Source of the DNA: Candidatus Helarchaeota archaeon
Lineage (GTDB): Archaea > Asgardarchaeota > Lokiarchaeia > Helarchaeales > RDOG01
Direction: 5' to 3'
Assembly: GCA_019058315.1 (NCBI GenBank)
Contig: JAHPZH010000002.1
Span: 224,001-288,000 of the forward strand
Length of the DNA: 64,000 nt
The notes beneath the pieces were generated by a model. That model searched no databases. It was not told the origin of the DNA and was given only the letters and a program-made list of their open reading frames with translations. The position numbers and the translations under genes are program-made. Shown piece by piece: positions 48,269 through 59,095 of this stretch (its first letter is position 1; each line of letters opens with the position of its first letter).

Positions 48269-49732
48269 TTATCCCTTAGTAACTCCAATCGGTACCATTC
48301 TAACTAATTTTTTTGCTATTTCTAGTTTATCACTGACTTTAGCGACTAAATCAATATCTTTATAAGCTTTTGGAGCTTCTTCGCTTATAATTTTCATAGA
48401 TGCAGCTTTTACATATGTTCCTCTTTTTTGAAGTTCTTTTTTTATAGTCTCTCCCCAAAATTTTCGCTTAGCAGCAGAACGTGATAAAACTCTACCTGCA
48501 CCATGTGCTGTTGATCCAAAGGATAGTTCCATAGATCTTTTTCCGCCAAGTAATAAATAAGATGCTGTTCCCATACTTCCAGGAAGTAGTACAGGTTGCC
48601 CTATCTCCTTATATGCGACACTTAATGCTGGATGAAAAGGAGGAAATGCTCGTGTTGCACCTTTACGATGAACACAAAATGTTTTCTTTTCACCATTAAT
48701 TTCATGTTCTTCTATTTTGGCAATATTATGTGCTACATCGTATATAAGATTTAAATCTAAATCTTCAGCAGATGTATTAAATATTCTTTCAAAGCTGTTC
48801 CTGACCCAATGCATAATCATCTGTCTATTTGCCCAAGCAAAATTTGCAGCACAAGCCATTGCTTTTAAATATCGTTGACCCTCTGCACTAGAAACTGGTG
48901 CACAAGCTAATTCTCTGTCTGGTAATTTTATATTATATTTATGCATTGCTCGCTCCATTTCCCTCAAATAATCTGTGCATATTTGATGTCCAAAACCTCG
49001 ACTTCCAGTATGTATCATGACTAGAATTTGTCCTGGTTCAATTATTTTCAATCTTTTTGCTAGTGCTTCATCATATATTTTATCAACTTTTTGAATCTCT
49101 AAAAAATGATTTCCAGATCCTAAACTACCTAATTGGGGAATACCTCTTTCTTTTGCTCTATCTGAAATAGTATGTGCATCAGCTCCGGCCAATTTACCTC
49201 CTTCTTCGGCATGTTTTAAATCTTCAGGCCATCCATAACCATTTTCTACAGCCCATTCCATACCATTTTCTGCAGCTTGATCCAATTCATTTCTAGTTAA
49301 ACGAATTTTTCCTTTGGATCCCAATCCAGAGGGAACGTTTCTAAAAAGTGAATCTATTAATTCCTTTAATCTTTTAATATCCTTTTGAAAAAGATTAGTT
49401 CTAACTAATCGTACTCCACAATTTATATCATATCCAACTCCACCTGGAGAAACTACTCCTTCCTCCACATCTACAGCTGCAACTCCGCCTATAGGAAAAC
49501 CATAACCTTGATGTGCATCAGGAAGAATAGCGGAAAACTTTGTAATGCCAGGTAGAAAAGTAATATTAGACGCTTGCTGGAGTGTTCGATCCCTTTTCAT
49601 AGCTTCCAGCAATTGCTCATTACAATAAACTCTTGCAGGAACTTTCATTCCCTGCTTAAATTTTGGGGAAATTTCATATACATATTCCTCCAATTTTTTG
49701 ATCGGAATGTTTGAACTGTCTATCTTTGACAT
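48269..49732 (-). CDS. rtcB: RNA-splicing ligase RtcB
   Basis: PDAHQGYGFPIG, GYDINCG, GSGNHFLE, HTGSRG, HNIAK, HRKGAT, HGAGR, EEAP.AYK. Confidence 0.96.
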   Translation of the reverse strand: MSKIDSSNIPIKKLEEYVYEISPKFKQGMKVPARVYCNEQLLEAMKRDRTLQQASNITFLPGITKFSAILPDAHQGYGFPIGGVAAVDVEEGVVSPGGVGYDINCGVRLVRTNLFQKDIKRLKELIDSLFRNVPSGLGSKGKIRLTRNELDQAAENGMEWAVENGYGWPEDLKHAEEGGKLAGADAHTISDRAKERGIPQLGSLGSGNHFLEIQKVDKIYDEALAKRLKIIEPGQILVMIHTGSRGFGHQICTDYLREMERAMHKYNIKLPDRELACAPVSSAEGQRYLKAMACAANFAWANRQMIMHWVRNSFERIFNTSAEDLDLNLIYDVAHNIAKIEEHEINGEKKTFCVHRKGATRAFPPFHPALSVAYKEIGQPVLLPGSMGTASYLLLGGKRSMELSFGSTAHGAGRVLSRSAAKRKFWGETIKKELQKRGTYVKAASMKIISEEAPKAYKDIDLVAKVSDKLEIAKKLVRMVPIGVTKG

Positions 49733-49919
49733 ATTATTTTACCTCAAATATATTATGAAACTATAATTTTCAAACAATCATAATTAATAGAATTCTAAAA
49801 ACTAGGATATGTTACATTTGAAAATTAAATAGCTTTAATTACTACATTATTTCAATTTATAAAATTGAATTAGTTTATTTAAGAATTTTGTTTTTAAGTC
49901 TAATTTACTAATAAATTCT

Positions 49920-50348
49920 CTAGATATCCAATACAAACCTTAAAATTACATTATCAGATAATATTTTAATTTCCATTAAGCTATAAGTTGGTGCTTTTAT
50001 TTCTGTTTTTGATTCATGCTTTTGGGGATCAAATTCTTCACCCCATAATTCCCCAAATAATTCAATTTTCCCATTTATCGATTCTAATTTTAGTATTTTA
50101 ATTTTAGAAAAAATAAGATTTTTTGAATCAAAAATATAAATTAATTCTCCAAGCCAATCAAAAAGTAAAGCTTCTGTATCTTCAGCCTCTAATCTAATTT
50201 CATGTTTAATAATTGGCTCTATTTTTTGAATATTAGTCATCGTCTCAAATACTGCTTTACCCGCCTCTTCAAAGGCTTCGGTCAAATTTCTGGCTTGAAC
50301 TTCAATATAAACATCGCTTATATGCTCAAGAAACTTAAAACTTCCCAT
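49920..50348 (-). CDS. Archease
   Basis: FLEHISDV, LLFDWL.ELI, GEEFD, EIKAPTY, LDI C-terminus; upstream of rtcB. Confidence 0.9.
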   Translation of the reverse strand: MGSFKFLEHISDVYIEVQARNLTEAFEEAGKAVFETMTNIQKIEPIIKHEIRLEAEDTEALLFDWLGELIYIFDSKNLIFSKIKILKLESINGKIELFGELWGEEFDPQKHESKTEIKAPTYSLMEIKILSDNVILRFVLDI

Positions 50349-50516
50349 CTTAAGTCAGTTCGAAATTAATCTATTATAATATTATTGTTTTGCATTAAAA
50401 AATCAATTTAAAATAAATCTTTTTTAAATATTGTTATAAGGATAATTCAATTTGTTAAATTAAAATTATTTAATATTCATTCTATTACTAATTATTACTA
50501 AAAGTCTAGAAAGAGA

Positions 50517-51344
50517 GTGGACAAGATTCTTCAAGAGTTTTGGATTGTTGAAAAAAAATCAGGAAGATGCATGTTTAATAAAAGTTATGCTAGTGTTTCG
50601 ACAGATCCAGACCTTTTGACAAGCTTTTTAAGTGCACTTTACCGATTCTCAGAGGAGGTATCTACAAAACAGCAAGGCATCGAAAGTGTTGAAATGGGGG
50701 GTTTAAAATGGGTCTATATCGATAAAGATAATCTATTATATATCGCAGCAGCAGATAAAACTGACAAAACTTCCAATCTTCGGTCTCAAGTAAATGTAAT
50801 TAGGATAAATTTTACAGACAAATTTCCAGAATGTAAGGATGATGAATTTAGTGAAAAATGGGATGGAAATATTACTAAATTCGAAGTATTTTCTGATAAA
50901 GTAGATGAATTAAAAGATCATTGGAAAAAACTTGAGAAAGTTACCGATGCGGCAGAAATGATGGATATTTTAGAGGTATATCAACATATATTTAATAGCT
51001 TATCTAAAATAATCCATACAATAAAAAAAGGTAGGGAACAACTTGATGAAAAGATGATACATTTAAAAGAGGTGTTACCAAAATCTTTTCAAAATGCTGT
51101 TTATTCAGATAGCGGATGGGATATCTTAACAATAAATGTCTTTCAACAAGATATTAATGAAGAAGAGCTTAGAACAAGTTTAATTTCTATGCTACAGTAT
51201 TATATAGATATTTTACGAGAAATATTTAAAGATAAAATGCCTGAAATAATAAGAACTCTTATATTTCCTTATATACGTTCTGATTGGAAGAGAATTTCAA
51301 ATTTAAAACTAGATAAGATGTTTATTGACCTATTTTTAACTTGA
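50517..51344 (+). CDS. Longin-like domain protein with helical C-terminal region
   Basis: SGRCMF..SY...DPDLLTSFLSALYRFSEE...IESVEMG..KWVY pattern typical of Asgard longin-like domains. Confidence 0.65.
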   Translation: MDKILQEFWIVEKKSGRCMFNKSYASVSTDPDLLTSFLSALYRFSEEVSTKQQGIESVEMGGLKWVYIDKDNLLYIAAADKTDKTSNLRSQVNVIRINFTDKFPECKDDEFSEKWDGNITKFEVFSDKVDELKDHWKKLEKVTDAAEMMDILEVYQHIFNSLSKIIHTIKKGREQLDEKMIHLKEVLPKSFQNAVYSDSGWDILTINVFQQDINEEELRTSLISMLQYYIDILREIFKDKMPEIIRTLIFPYIRSDWKRISNLKLDKMFIDLFLT

Positions 51345-51497
51345 GAAATTTTTTTCTTTGTTCAAATTAAACGAATCATCTTCGATATTTTTATTCGACA
51401 GATTATTATATTTTGGTAGACTCTTTTCATTGAATTTGGACAAATCTATAGGTAATATAAATAGAGATTTATTTTTTATATCTATTAAATAAAACTA

Positions 51498-51595
51498 GCC
51501 GGGATAGCCAAGTGGTTTACGGCGCGGGCCTTGAGTTTTTTAAGAAAGTCCGTGCTCTACGGAGCGCGAGGGTTCAAATCCCTCTCCCGGCGCCA
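51498..51595 (+). tRNA. tRNA-Ser(UGA) with 11-nt intron at 37/38 (51536-51546) and encoded CCA
   Basis: Acceptor GCCGGGA/TCCCGGC, discriminator G, anticodon stem CGGGC/GTCCG, long variable arm CTC-TACG-GAG, T arm GAGGG-TTCAAAT-CCCTC. Confidence 0.9.
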
Positions 51596-51671
51596 ATATA
51601 ATCAATAAAATGATATAATATTCTCCAAATGGATACATTTTTCAAGCAAAAATTAATTTAAATTTGAATTA

Positions 51672-52184
51672 TTATTGTTTATTAAGCAATGTAGCTGCAA
51701 GATCAGTAAATGCTTCAACAACTTTTATTCCATTTAAAGCACTAGTCTCGAAAAAAGGACAATTCATTTCTGAGGCTAAATCTGCCCCTTGATTACTATC
51801 AATTTTTCTTTTATCCTTTAAATCTACTTTATTTGCAAGTAAAATTTTAGGAACAGAACTAGCGTTTTTTAATAATTCTTCATGCCATCTAGAAATTGAA
51901 TTAAACGTTGTAGGTCTTGTAACATCATAAACCATAAGAGCGCCCTGTGCACCCTTATAATAGAGCTGACGAACTTCTGACCATTTCATTTGTCCAGCAA
52001 TATCATATAATAGTAACTTAATTTGAATATTTCCAATTTCAACTTCTTTAATTAGAATATTTGCACCCAAAGTTGGTTTATATTCTGTTTCAAACTTATG
52101 TTCTGAAAACCTTTTTATTAGCGATGTTTTCCCCACAGCTGGATCGCCAATCACAATAACTTTGAACACAAATTTTCTTGACAT
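51672..52184 (-). CDS. Rab-like small GTPase
   Basis: FKVIVIGDPAVGKTS, PTLG, DIAGQ, YYKGA, ANKVD, ETSA. Confidence 0.9.
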   Translation of the reverse strand: MSRKFVFKVIVIGDPAVGKTSLIKRFSEHKFETEYKPTLGANILIKEVEIGNIQIKLLLYDIAGQMKWSEVRQLYYKGAQGALMVYDVTRPTTFNSISRWHEELLKNASSVPKILLANKVDLKDKRKIDSNQGADLASEMNCPFFETSALNGIKVVEAFTDLAATLLNKQ

Positions 52185-52214
52185 AATAGAATATCTCTCT
52201 TTCTAAGTAAATAA

Positions 52215-52826
52215 TCAACCTATTTTCTCTTTAATTTTAGTGGCTTTCTCAGGTTTAATGATAAATTCACAAGCTTCATCCCCCATAGCGATACATTTAA
52301 TTTCTTTGACATGAAATTTTTCACCTGTCGCCTCTTCTTTAAACCTCGCGAGAGTACCACTAATAATATGGCATACGGGGTTATTTGCTGTAATATCTTT
52401 GCTAATTGGGTTATTCTTAATTTTAATATGGATTATATCAGGATCATTTGGATCTTTATAGAATGACCATTCGCCACCTATCCACTCCTCTAACTTTTTG
52501 ATAATATCTTCTAGAGAAATACCAAATGGGGATAAATAGAGTGCGAATTTTCTTCCGGATTCATAAAGTATAGCATGAGTTCCATGACCAAGAAGAGAGT
52601 TCATAGATTTTAAAAGTGCGCTAAAATCTTCAAACGAGATCGACTCACTAAGGCTCGGTTGAACCTCTTCGTTAATGTATCGAGATAAACCCGCAAATCG
52701 GAGGATACTTTTTTTGCCATCTTCTCCCATTATGTCTGTTAGGGCGGTTAATAAAGCTGAAAAAACTACCTTCCTTACACTTTGGGTTATACTCAAAGTT
52801 AAACTCCCGAATATTAGTGATCTCAA
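52215..52826 (-). CDS. V4R domain protein
   Basis: PVCHIISG, VKEIKCIAMGDEACEF. Confidence 0.8.
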   Translation of the reverse strand: MRSLIFGSLTLSITQSVRKVVFSALLTALTDIMGEDGKKSILRFAGLSRYINEEVQPSLSESISFEDFSALLKSMNSLLGHGTHAILYESGRKFALYLSPFGISLEDIIKKLEEWIGGEWSFYKDPNDPDIIHIKIKNNPISKDITANNPVCHIISGTLARFKEEATGEKFHVKEIKCIAMGDEACEFIIKPEKATKIKEKIG

Positions 52827-52952
52827 ATAGATTGAAAAATTGTTATATCTGTTACTAAAAGAATTTTTTGTTTTAATATATTTTAAACTAGTTATTAATT
52901 TTTTTAAAATGTCTATAAAAGTTTTAACTTGCGATATTGAAATTTATTATTT

Positions 52953-53894
52953 TTAGATTTTTCCAATTTTTTGTTGAAACCATTCAATTTCATCGGAAAG
53001 AGCATCAGATAATGGAGTGAAACTTTTTATATTAAGATCTTTGTTTAATTTATTTGGATTTGAGATTAATTTCAAAATGTCCCCTTTCCAACTGAAACCC
53101 GTGTAGGTTAATTTAGTATTTTTTAAGTTTAATTCTTTCAAAATCTTTGTAGCGAGCTCTGTTATAGAGATTCCTACACCAGTTCCCAAATTATATGCTT
53201 TTCCATCAGAAATTGCTTTTTCAGCACAATCCATAAAAATTTTTACCAAATCACCCACATAAATAAAATCTCGAATATTTTTTCCAGTTCCTAAAATTTC
53301 TAGCTTCGAATTATCATTTTTCAATTTATTCAAAAAATCATAAATTACATATCTTGGCTGACGTGGACCTATTGCATTGAAAATTCGTAATGATGTAAAT
53401 TTAATTCCATAAGTTTCTTGAAATGCAAACCCATATAACTCTCCTGCTAATTTAGAGGCACCATATGGTGATATCGGGTTTGTTGAATGCGCTTCATCAA
53501 TTGGTAAATATTTAGGTTCTCCAAAAATAGCTGCACTTGAAGCAAATACTACCTTTTTTACTTCAGAATCTACACAAGTCTTGAGTAAATTAAATGTACC
53601 TTTCACATTTGACATGTAATCAAGAGTTGGATTTTCTACACTCAAGGGAACATTTGCATTTGCAGCTATATGAAAAATAATATCAATATCAGAAACAACA
53701 TTTTGGACTACTTCTAATTTTGATATATCTTCTTCTATAAATTCAATTTTATCTAAACTATCCAAATTTTTTTTAAAACCAGAGGATAAATCATCTATGA
53801 CTCTAACTGTAACTCCATTTTTGACCAAGGCATCAACTAGATGTGAACCAATAAATCCTGCGCCTCCAGTAACAAGAACATGAGAGTATTTCAT
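52953..53894 (-). CDS. NAD-dependent nucleotide-sugar epimerase/dehydratase
   Basis: VTGGAGFIGSHL, ASSAA, PYGASK, RDFIYV. Confidence 0.9.
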   Translation of the reverse strand: MKYSHVLVTGGAGFIGSHLVDALVKNGVTVRVIDDLSSGFKKNLDSLDKIEFIEEDISKLEVVQNVVSDIDIIFHIAANANVPLSVENPTLDYMSNVKGTFNLLKTCVDSEVKKVVFASSAAIFGEPKYLPIDEAHSTNPISPYGASKLAGELYGFAFQETYGIKFTSLRIFNAIGPRQPRYVIYDFLNKLKNDNSKLEILGTGKNIRDFIYVGDLVKIFMDCAEKAISDGKAYNLGTGVGISITELATKILKELNLKNTKLTYTGFSWKGDILKLISNPNKLNKDLNIKSFTPLSDALSDEIEWFQQKIGKI

Positions 53895-54073
53895 TTTTTT
53901 TACCTTAATGAAAAACCTATTTAATCTTAAAAAATGTATTTGGTTGTTTTATAAAAATATATAAATTGATTATTTACTTCAAAAAAATAAAAGTTAAAAG
54001 ATTAATTTGACTCGTAAAGTTTTTAAAAATAAGACGTATTTGTGGAAATATATTTAACTTGGTCGTTATCTAA

Positions 54074-55201
54074 ATGCCAAATAGACTCGAAGAAATTAAA
54101 AAGAAATTACGAAAAGAAGGATATTTAATCGATCCTAACAATATGGAACCATATCTAAAAAAATTTGAAGGAATTAAATTTAAAAATCTAACTAAACCAG
54201 ATTTTTGGAAAGATAGTAGGGTTTTTATAACTGGAATAAGTGGCTTTGTAGGGAGTCACTTAACTGATAAATTATTAGAATTTGGTGCTAATGTAGGAGG
54301 ATTAATTCGGAGGCATAGTGTTCCAGAATACCCCAATATAAAACATGTTATGAAAGAAATAACCACCTTTGAGGGAGATTTAAAATATTTAGATCCAATC
54401 ATTGGGGCTTTTAGAAAATTTGAACCAGAATATGTTTTTCATCTAGGTGCACAGAGTTTTGTACCAACATCAATAAGAAATCCTATAGAAACTTACGAAA
54501 CTAATGTAATTGGGACTTCTAATGTACTCGAGGCTGTCAGAATTCTTGATGGTGTTAATATTAATGCAGTACAGATGGCATGCTCATCTGAACAATACGG
54601 TAGGGTGTATATAGACGAGTTACCAATAAAAGAGACTAATCCTAACCGCCCATTATCTCCTTACGCTGCCTCAAAACAAGCTTGTGAACATATTTGTATT
54701 ACACATTTCGAAAATTATAAAATTCCAGTCAGAATTACTCGGGGTTTCAATCATACAGGTGCCCGGCGTGGATTACAGTTTGTTACTTCAGTAGTCACAA
54801 GACAAATCGCCCGTGCTAAAAATTCTGATAATAAAGAGATAATTATTGGTAATCCTGCACCAGTTAGAGATTTCACTGATGTCCGAGATATTCTACAAGG
54901 ATATTTATTAAGTGTAGAAAAAGGTAAAAATGGAGATATTGTAAATTTGGGCCATGGGGCGGGTATATCAATAGGAGATTTAGTTGTTTTATCCGCAAAA
55001 GTAGCTAATTTGGAAAAATATGATCTTATTATAGATGAAAGTCGATTTCGTAAAGCAGATGTTGAAGTATTAATATGTGACTATTCTAAAGCAAAAAAAG
55101 AATATGGATATCATCCTCAGTTACCTATTACTCAATCAATAAAGGATAGTATTGAGTACTTCGAGAAAAATCCAAGATTAATGTATATGGAAAGACATTA
55201 A
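54074..55201 (+). CDS. GDP-mannose 4,6-dehydratase-like SDR
   Basis: TGISGFVGSHL, HLGAQSFV, SSEQYG, SPYAASK, FNHTG.RRG, RDFTDVRD. Confidence 0.82.
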   Translation: MPNRLEEIKKKLRKEGYLIDPNNMEPYLKKFEGIKFKNLTKPDFWKDSRVFITGISGFVGSHLTDKLLEFGANVGGLIRRHSVPEYPNIKHVMKEITTFEGDLKYLDPIIGAFRKFEPEYVFHLGAQSFVPTSIRNPIETYETNVIGTSNVLEAVRILDGVNINAVQMACSSEQYGRVYIDELPIKETNPNRPLSPYAASKQACEHICITHFENYKIPVRITRGFNHTGARRGLQFVTSVVTRQIARAKNSDNKEIIIGNPAPVRDFTDVRDILQGYLLSVEKGKNGDIVNLGHGAGISIGDLVVLSAKVANLEKYDLIIDESRFRKADVEVLICDYSKAKKEYGYHPQLPITQSIKDSIEYFEKNPRLMYMERH

Positions 55202-55323
55202 AAATTAAATAAAACCTTTTAATCTTTTATTTCTTCAATTCATCCTAAATCATAAAATTGATTAATACCTTTAAACAAGATTTTTATCAGTAGTTCATTT
55301 GATTTAACTTCGGGCAATGTAAA

Positions 55324-56562
55324 ATGGCTTTAACTTTATTAGACAATGTAACTATTGCGGTTATAGTTGTTAGTGTATGGTATATAATATATCATATTGC
55401 TATTTATTACGGAATTTACCATAGAGTTCAATGGAATGAATTCTTATATGGTGAAGGTTTTAACCCCGCTATTTCTGTAATTATAGCTTCCAAAAATGAA
55501 GAAAAAGATATTGAAAATTGTTTAAATGCTATTCTTAATCAAGATTATCCTGAAAATAAATTTGAAATACTCGTTGTTGATGAATCCACCGATAATACCC
55601 CTGAAATTATTACTAATATAGCTAAGAGATACCCCGAAGGAAAAATCAAATTAATTAGACCTCCTCCACCCCCTCCGCATATTAATGGTATCTCTTATTC
55701 AATTACTATTGGTGTAAAAGCAGCAAAAAACGAAGTTATTGCTGTTACTGAAGCTGATTGTATACCCTCACAAGAATGGCTAAAACTAATAGTATATCCT
55801 TTAACTCCTCATAATCCCGATGAAGTAGGAATAGTGGGAAGTCATGGTATTATTATTGGTGATAGTTTAAGTGCAAATCTTCAAAGACTCGAGTTTAGTG
55901 GATTTTTATTTGAATTTTTTGGAGCACTTGACAGAGCGAGGCAGTCAGTGGGAGTAGGTGGCGCCTCATGGGGTGGAAGTATGTGTTTCAGAAAAAAATC
56001 ATTCGAACAAATTGGGGGCTATGAAGGTGTTGAACATATTCACTTACAAGATATTGCTCTTACTTGGAAATTTGCAAAAGCTGGCTTTAAAACCGCATTT
56101 CTATTTAATCAAAGAGTTAAAGTAGTAACTAGACCTCACCCACAGCCAATTAAACAACGTCTTAGATGGTTTCGTGGTGGTTGGCAATGTCGCTTTCACT
56201 ATACCTATCATATCGGAGCAGTAAATATATATGGAGTTCCTTTAGCAATCGAGATGTATTCACTAATTCTAATAATTCTAGCAATTTTTGAGATAATACC
56301 TATTCATTTAGGTCATATAGGGTTTATCTTGATTTTTATCACTACTCTCATGAAATATTTGACTTTATTACAATTCACTAAATCTAAATTATTGTTAGGA
56401 AATTATAAGCATAGTTGGAAAGCGATTCTCCTTTATGGATTTTGGATATTTATAATACAATGGATTTGGTTCATTAGTATATTTACAAAACCAACATATA
56501 AATGGAAAGAAGTAGAGAAATATAAAGATGAAGAAATTTCTTCTTATATTAATACCATATGA
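55324..56562 (+). CDS. Membrane GT2 glycosyltransferase
   Basis: SVIIASKNEE, VDESTD, EAD, QD, KQRLRW (QxxRW); N- and C-terminal TMs. Confidence 0.85.
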   Translation: MALTLLDNVTIAVIVVSVWYIIYHIAIYYGIYHRVQWNEFLYGEGFNPAISVIIASKNEEKDIENCLNAILNQDYPENKFEILVVDESTDNTPEIITNIAKRYPEGKIKLIRPPPPPPHINGISYSITIGVKAAKNEVIAVTEADCIPSQEWLKLIVYPLTPHNPDEVGIVGSHGIIIGDSLSANLQRLEFSGFLFEFFGALDRARQSVGVGGASWGGSMCFRKKSFEQIGGYEGVEHIHLQDIALTWKFAKAGFKTAFLFNQRVKVVTRPHPQPIKQRLRWFRGGWQCRFHYTYHIGAVNIYGVPLAIEMYSLILIILAIFEIIPIHLGHIGFILIFITTLMKYLTLLQFTKSKLLLGNYKHSWKAILLYGFWIFIIQWIWFISIFTKPTYKWKEVEKYKDEEISSYINTI

Positions 56563-56613
56563 TAACTTATCTAGTTTTCAGATTATTATATAAAAAAAAT
56601 TTGAAAATAAATA

Positions 56614-57789
56614 CTAATTAGCTTCAATTTCTTTATAAAAATCTTCTTTTTTGTAGTAAAATAATAATGGAATTAATAAAATAAACCAATAATGGTATAA
56701 ACCTGTCTGGTTAGCAAAAATTAGAGCACAATAAGTAATAATCATGTAATCAAACGTTCGGTCTCTATCATTACTCTTAAAATTATGAAGTAACAATATA
56801 CAAAAGGTAACTATTGCTAGGACTGTTAAATATGTACTAATTTGCATTCCAAAATCAAATTGAAAATTAAAAGGATAGAGTAACCATATAAAGGGAAGAG
56901 ATTCAGAAGATAAGCTATTTAAAATGTAAAATACCTGATACGCGGGTAAATTTAACCCACTTCCAGTCATATTAAATATCAAAGCAGGTAATGAACAAGC
57001 GTAAGCAATTGGGACATCTCTAGCCCAAATACTCGTCCAAGGTATATATTGGCGTCCAAATTGCATTAAAAGAACATCATTAATAAAAACTTTTGGTCCC
57101 ATCATAAAAAAAACTCCTAAAACGAGTAAAGCAGGTAAGAGGCTAATAATAAATTTCTTCAATTCTTTTCTGTGATAAATAAAAACAAAACTTATGAAAA
57201 TCAAGATATATTGATATGATATTGAAGCTAGGGCAAAATAAAATGAAGATAATTTAGGATTTTCAAGATTTATAAATCCTAATGCCATTAAGAAAAAAAT
57301 TGAATTAAAAAAACTGAAAGCTCCAACTAATACCATAATTGGATTTACCCAATAAATCCATGAAACTTTTTTAAAGGTCTCATATTTGTACAGATGATAA
57401 AAAGTAAGAAAATCAAACACATTGTTCATTATCACAAAAGCTGGCATAAAATCCATTGCGCCAATTGAGGCAAATTTAGAAGGCCATAATAGAGTCGGTA
57501 AATATAAAATAAACATAAATGGACCATAACCAAAATAGGTTTGATTGTGGCCTTCGAAATAACCATAATTGAAAATCTTTAAAAAATACCACTGTCCATA
57601 TGGATTGATTCCTCGACTAAGATAAATCAAACCTTCATAAACGATTTCATTCATATCATTTAAATCATTTAGTAAATTCACAAGACCTAAAAGAACAAAG
57701 ATTGATATAATTCGAATAATTAAACCAAAAATAAATGCTTTAGTTCGGATTAGTTCCTTGAGATAATCCAGACTAATATTTATAAACAT
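56614..57789 (-). CDS. Polytopic membrane protein, GT-C/GT87-like glycosyltransferase
   Basis: D...GINPY...Y.P loop, W.NP, multiple TMs, HYW. Confidence 0.55.
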   Translation of the reverse strand: MFINISLDYLKELIRTKAFIFGLIIRIISIFVLLGLVNLLNDLNDMNEIVYEGLIYLSRGINPYGQWYFLKIFNYGYFEGHNQTYFGYGPFMFILYLPTLLWPSKFASIGAMDFMPAFVIMNNVFDFLTFYHLYKYETFKKVSWIYWVNPIMVLVGAFSFFNSIFFLMALGFINLENPKLSSFYFALASISYQYILIFISFVFIYHRKELKKFIISLLPALLVLGVFFMMGPKVFINDVLLMQFGRQYIPWTSIWARDVPIAYACSLPALIFNMTGSGLNLPAYQVFYILNSLSSESLPFIWLLYPFNFQFDFGMQISTYLTVLAIVTFCILLLHNFKSNDRDRTFDYMIITYCALIFANQTGLYHYWFILLIPLLFYYKKEDFYKEIEAN

Positions 57790-58071
57790 GAATTTGAATC
57801 ATCCTTTAATAAATAAGTAAGTACTAAATTTTTACTATTGAATATAGTTAAAATATTAAGAAATATTAATAAAATTATTTAATAATGACTACATTAGAAA
57901 AAAGGTAGATCTTAAGAATAACCAGCAAGATGAATTTGATAGATAAGAGTTTTAAATTATCCCTCATCTTCATATATTACACTGATAAAGAAATAAGAAA
58001 AAAATTAAATTAGAATATAAGAAAAAATTTCATATCTAATAAGTATATTAAATAAATAAAAGGAAATTTTT

Positions 58072-58539
58072 ATGTCATCGGAATTTCGTCATATTATTCG
58101 TCTATTTGGAACAGATTTAGATGGTACAAAACCATTAAAATATAGTATTATTAAAATTCGTGGTATAAACCAACGATTTGCTAGTGTGGTTATTAAAAAG
58201 GCAAATTTATCTCCAAATGTTCGTCTTGGCACTTTAACCGATAAAGAAATAAGTAAAATAGAAGAGATAGTACTCCACCCACAAGATAATGGAATTCCTT
58301 CTTGGTTATTGAATAGGCAAAAAGATGTAATCAAAGGAGGAGATCACCATATTATTGGATCTGACTTGATCTTAGTAAATAAAAGCGATATCGATAGACT
58401 GAAAAGAACTAGAAGTTATAAAGGAATCCGACACCAACTTGGACTAAAATTAAGAGGACAAAGAACACGTACTACAGGAAGAAGAGGTGGGGTTGTAGGA
58501 GTACACCGCAAAAAACTAATGAAACAGAAAAAGAAATAA
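58072..58539 (+). CDS. rps13: 30S ribosomal protein uS13
   Basis: FRHIIRL.GTDLDG, IPSWLLNR, YKGIRH..GL.LRGQRTRTTGR. Confidence 0.96.
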   Translation: MSSEFRHIIRLFGTDLDGTKPLKYSIIKIRGINQRFASVVIKKANLSPNVRLGTLTDKEISKIEEIVLHPQDNGIPSWLLNRQKDVIKGGDHHIIGSDLILVNKSDIDRLKRTRSYKGIRHQLGLKLRGQRTRTTGRRGGVVGVHRKKLMKQKKK

Positions 58540-58552
58540 AAGGTGGAAATTT

Positions 58553-59065
58553 ATGGGAGATCCTAAAAAACATCGAAAAAAATACTCTAAACCTAGAAAC
58601 AAATGGCAAAAAGAACGATTGGAAAAGGAATTAAATATTATTGGGAAATATGGTCTAAGAAATAAGAAAGAAATATGGCGACTTCAATCAATGATGTCAA
58701 ATTTTAGAGGACGTGCAAGAAAACTACTTTCACTTTCTGGAGAAGAAAGAGATTTGGTTATGAAAGAGCTCAATAACCGGCTAAATAAAATTGGACTTCT
58801 ACCAGAAACTGCAAATGTTGAAGATATATTACGATTAACAATTGAAGATATTCTTGAAAGGAGATTACAGACTATGGTATTTAACCTTGGTCTAGCAGTT
58901 ACCATATATCATGCTCGTCAGCTCATTACACATGGTCACATAGCAATTGGTGGGCAACGGGTCACTTCGCCAGGGCATTTGGTAAAAAGAAATGAAGAGA
59001 ATAATATAAATTACTCGCAAAACTCTCCTTACAGCAATCCAGATCATCCTATGAGAAATATATAA
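58553..59065 (+). CDS. rps4: 30S ribosomal protein uS4
   Basis: MGDPK, YGLRNKKE, ERRLQT, ARQLITHGHI. Confidence 0.96.
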   Translation: MGDPKKHRKKYSKPRNKWQKERLEKELNIIGKYGLRNKKEIWRLQSMMSNFRGRARKLLSLSGEERDLVMKELNNRLNKIGLLPETANVEDILRLTIEDILERRLQTMVFNLGLAVTIYHARQLITHGHIAIGGQRVTSPGHLVKRNEENNINYSQNSPYSNPDHPMRNI

Positions 59066-59095
59066 AATAGAATGTTACTTGAGGTTTAAATTAAA

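Noticed and set aside
51498-51595. tRNA containing 'TGA' as a possible tRNA-Sec
   Set aside because: The anticodon itself is UGA (reads Ser UCA codons); tRNA-Sec needs anticodon UCA. The acceptor/T stems are the normal 7/5.
51345-51670. Integrated element at the tRNA-Ser
   Set aside because: No integrase, transposase or duplicated tRNA 3' end seen in the window.
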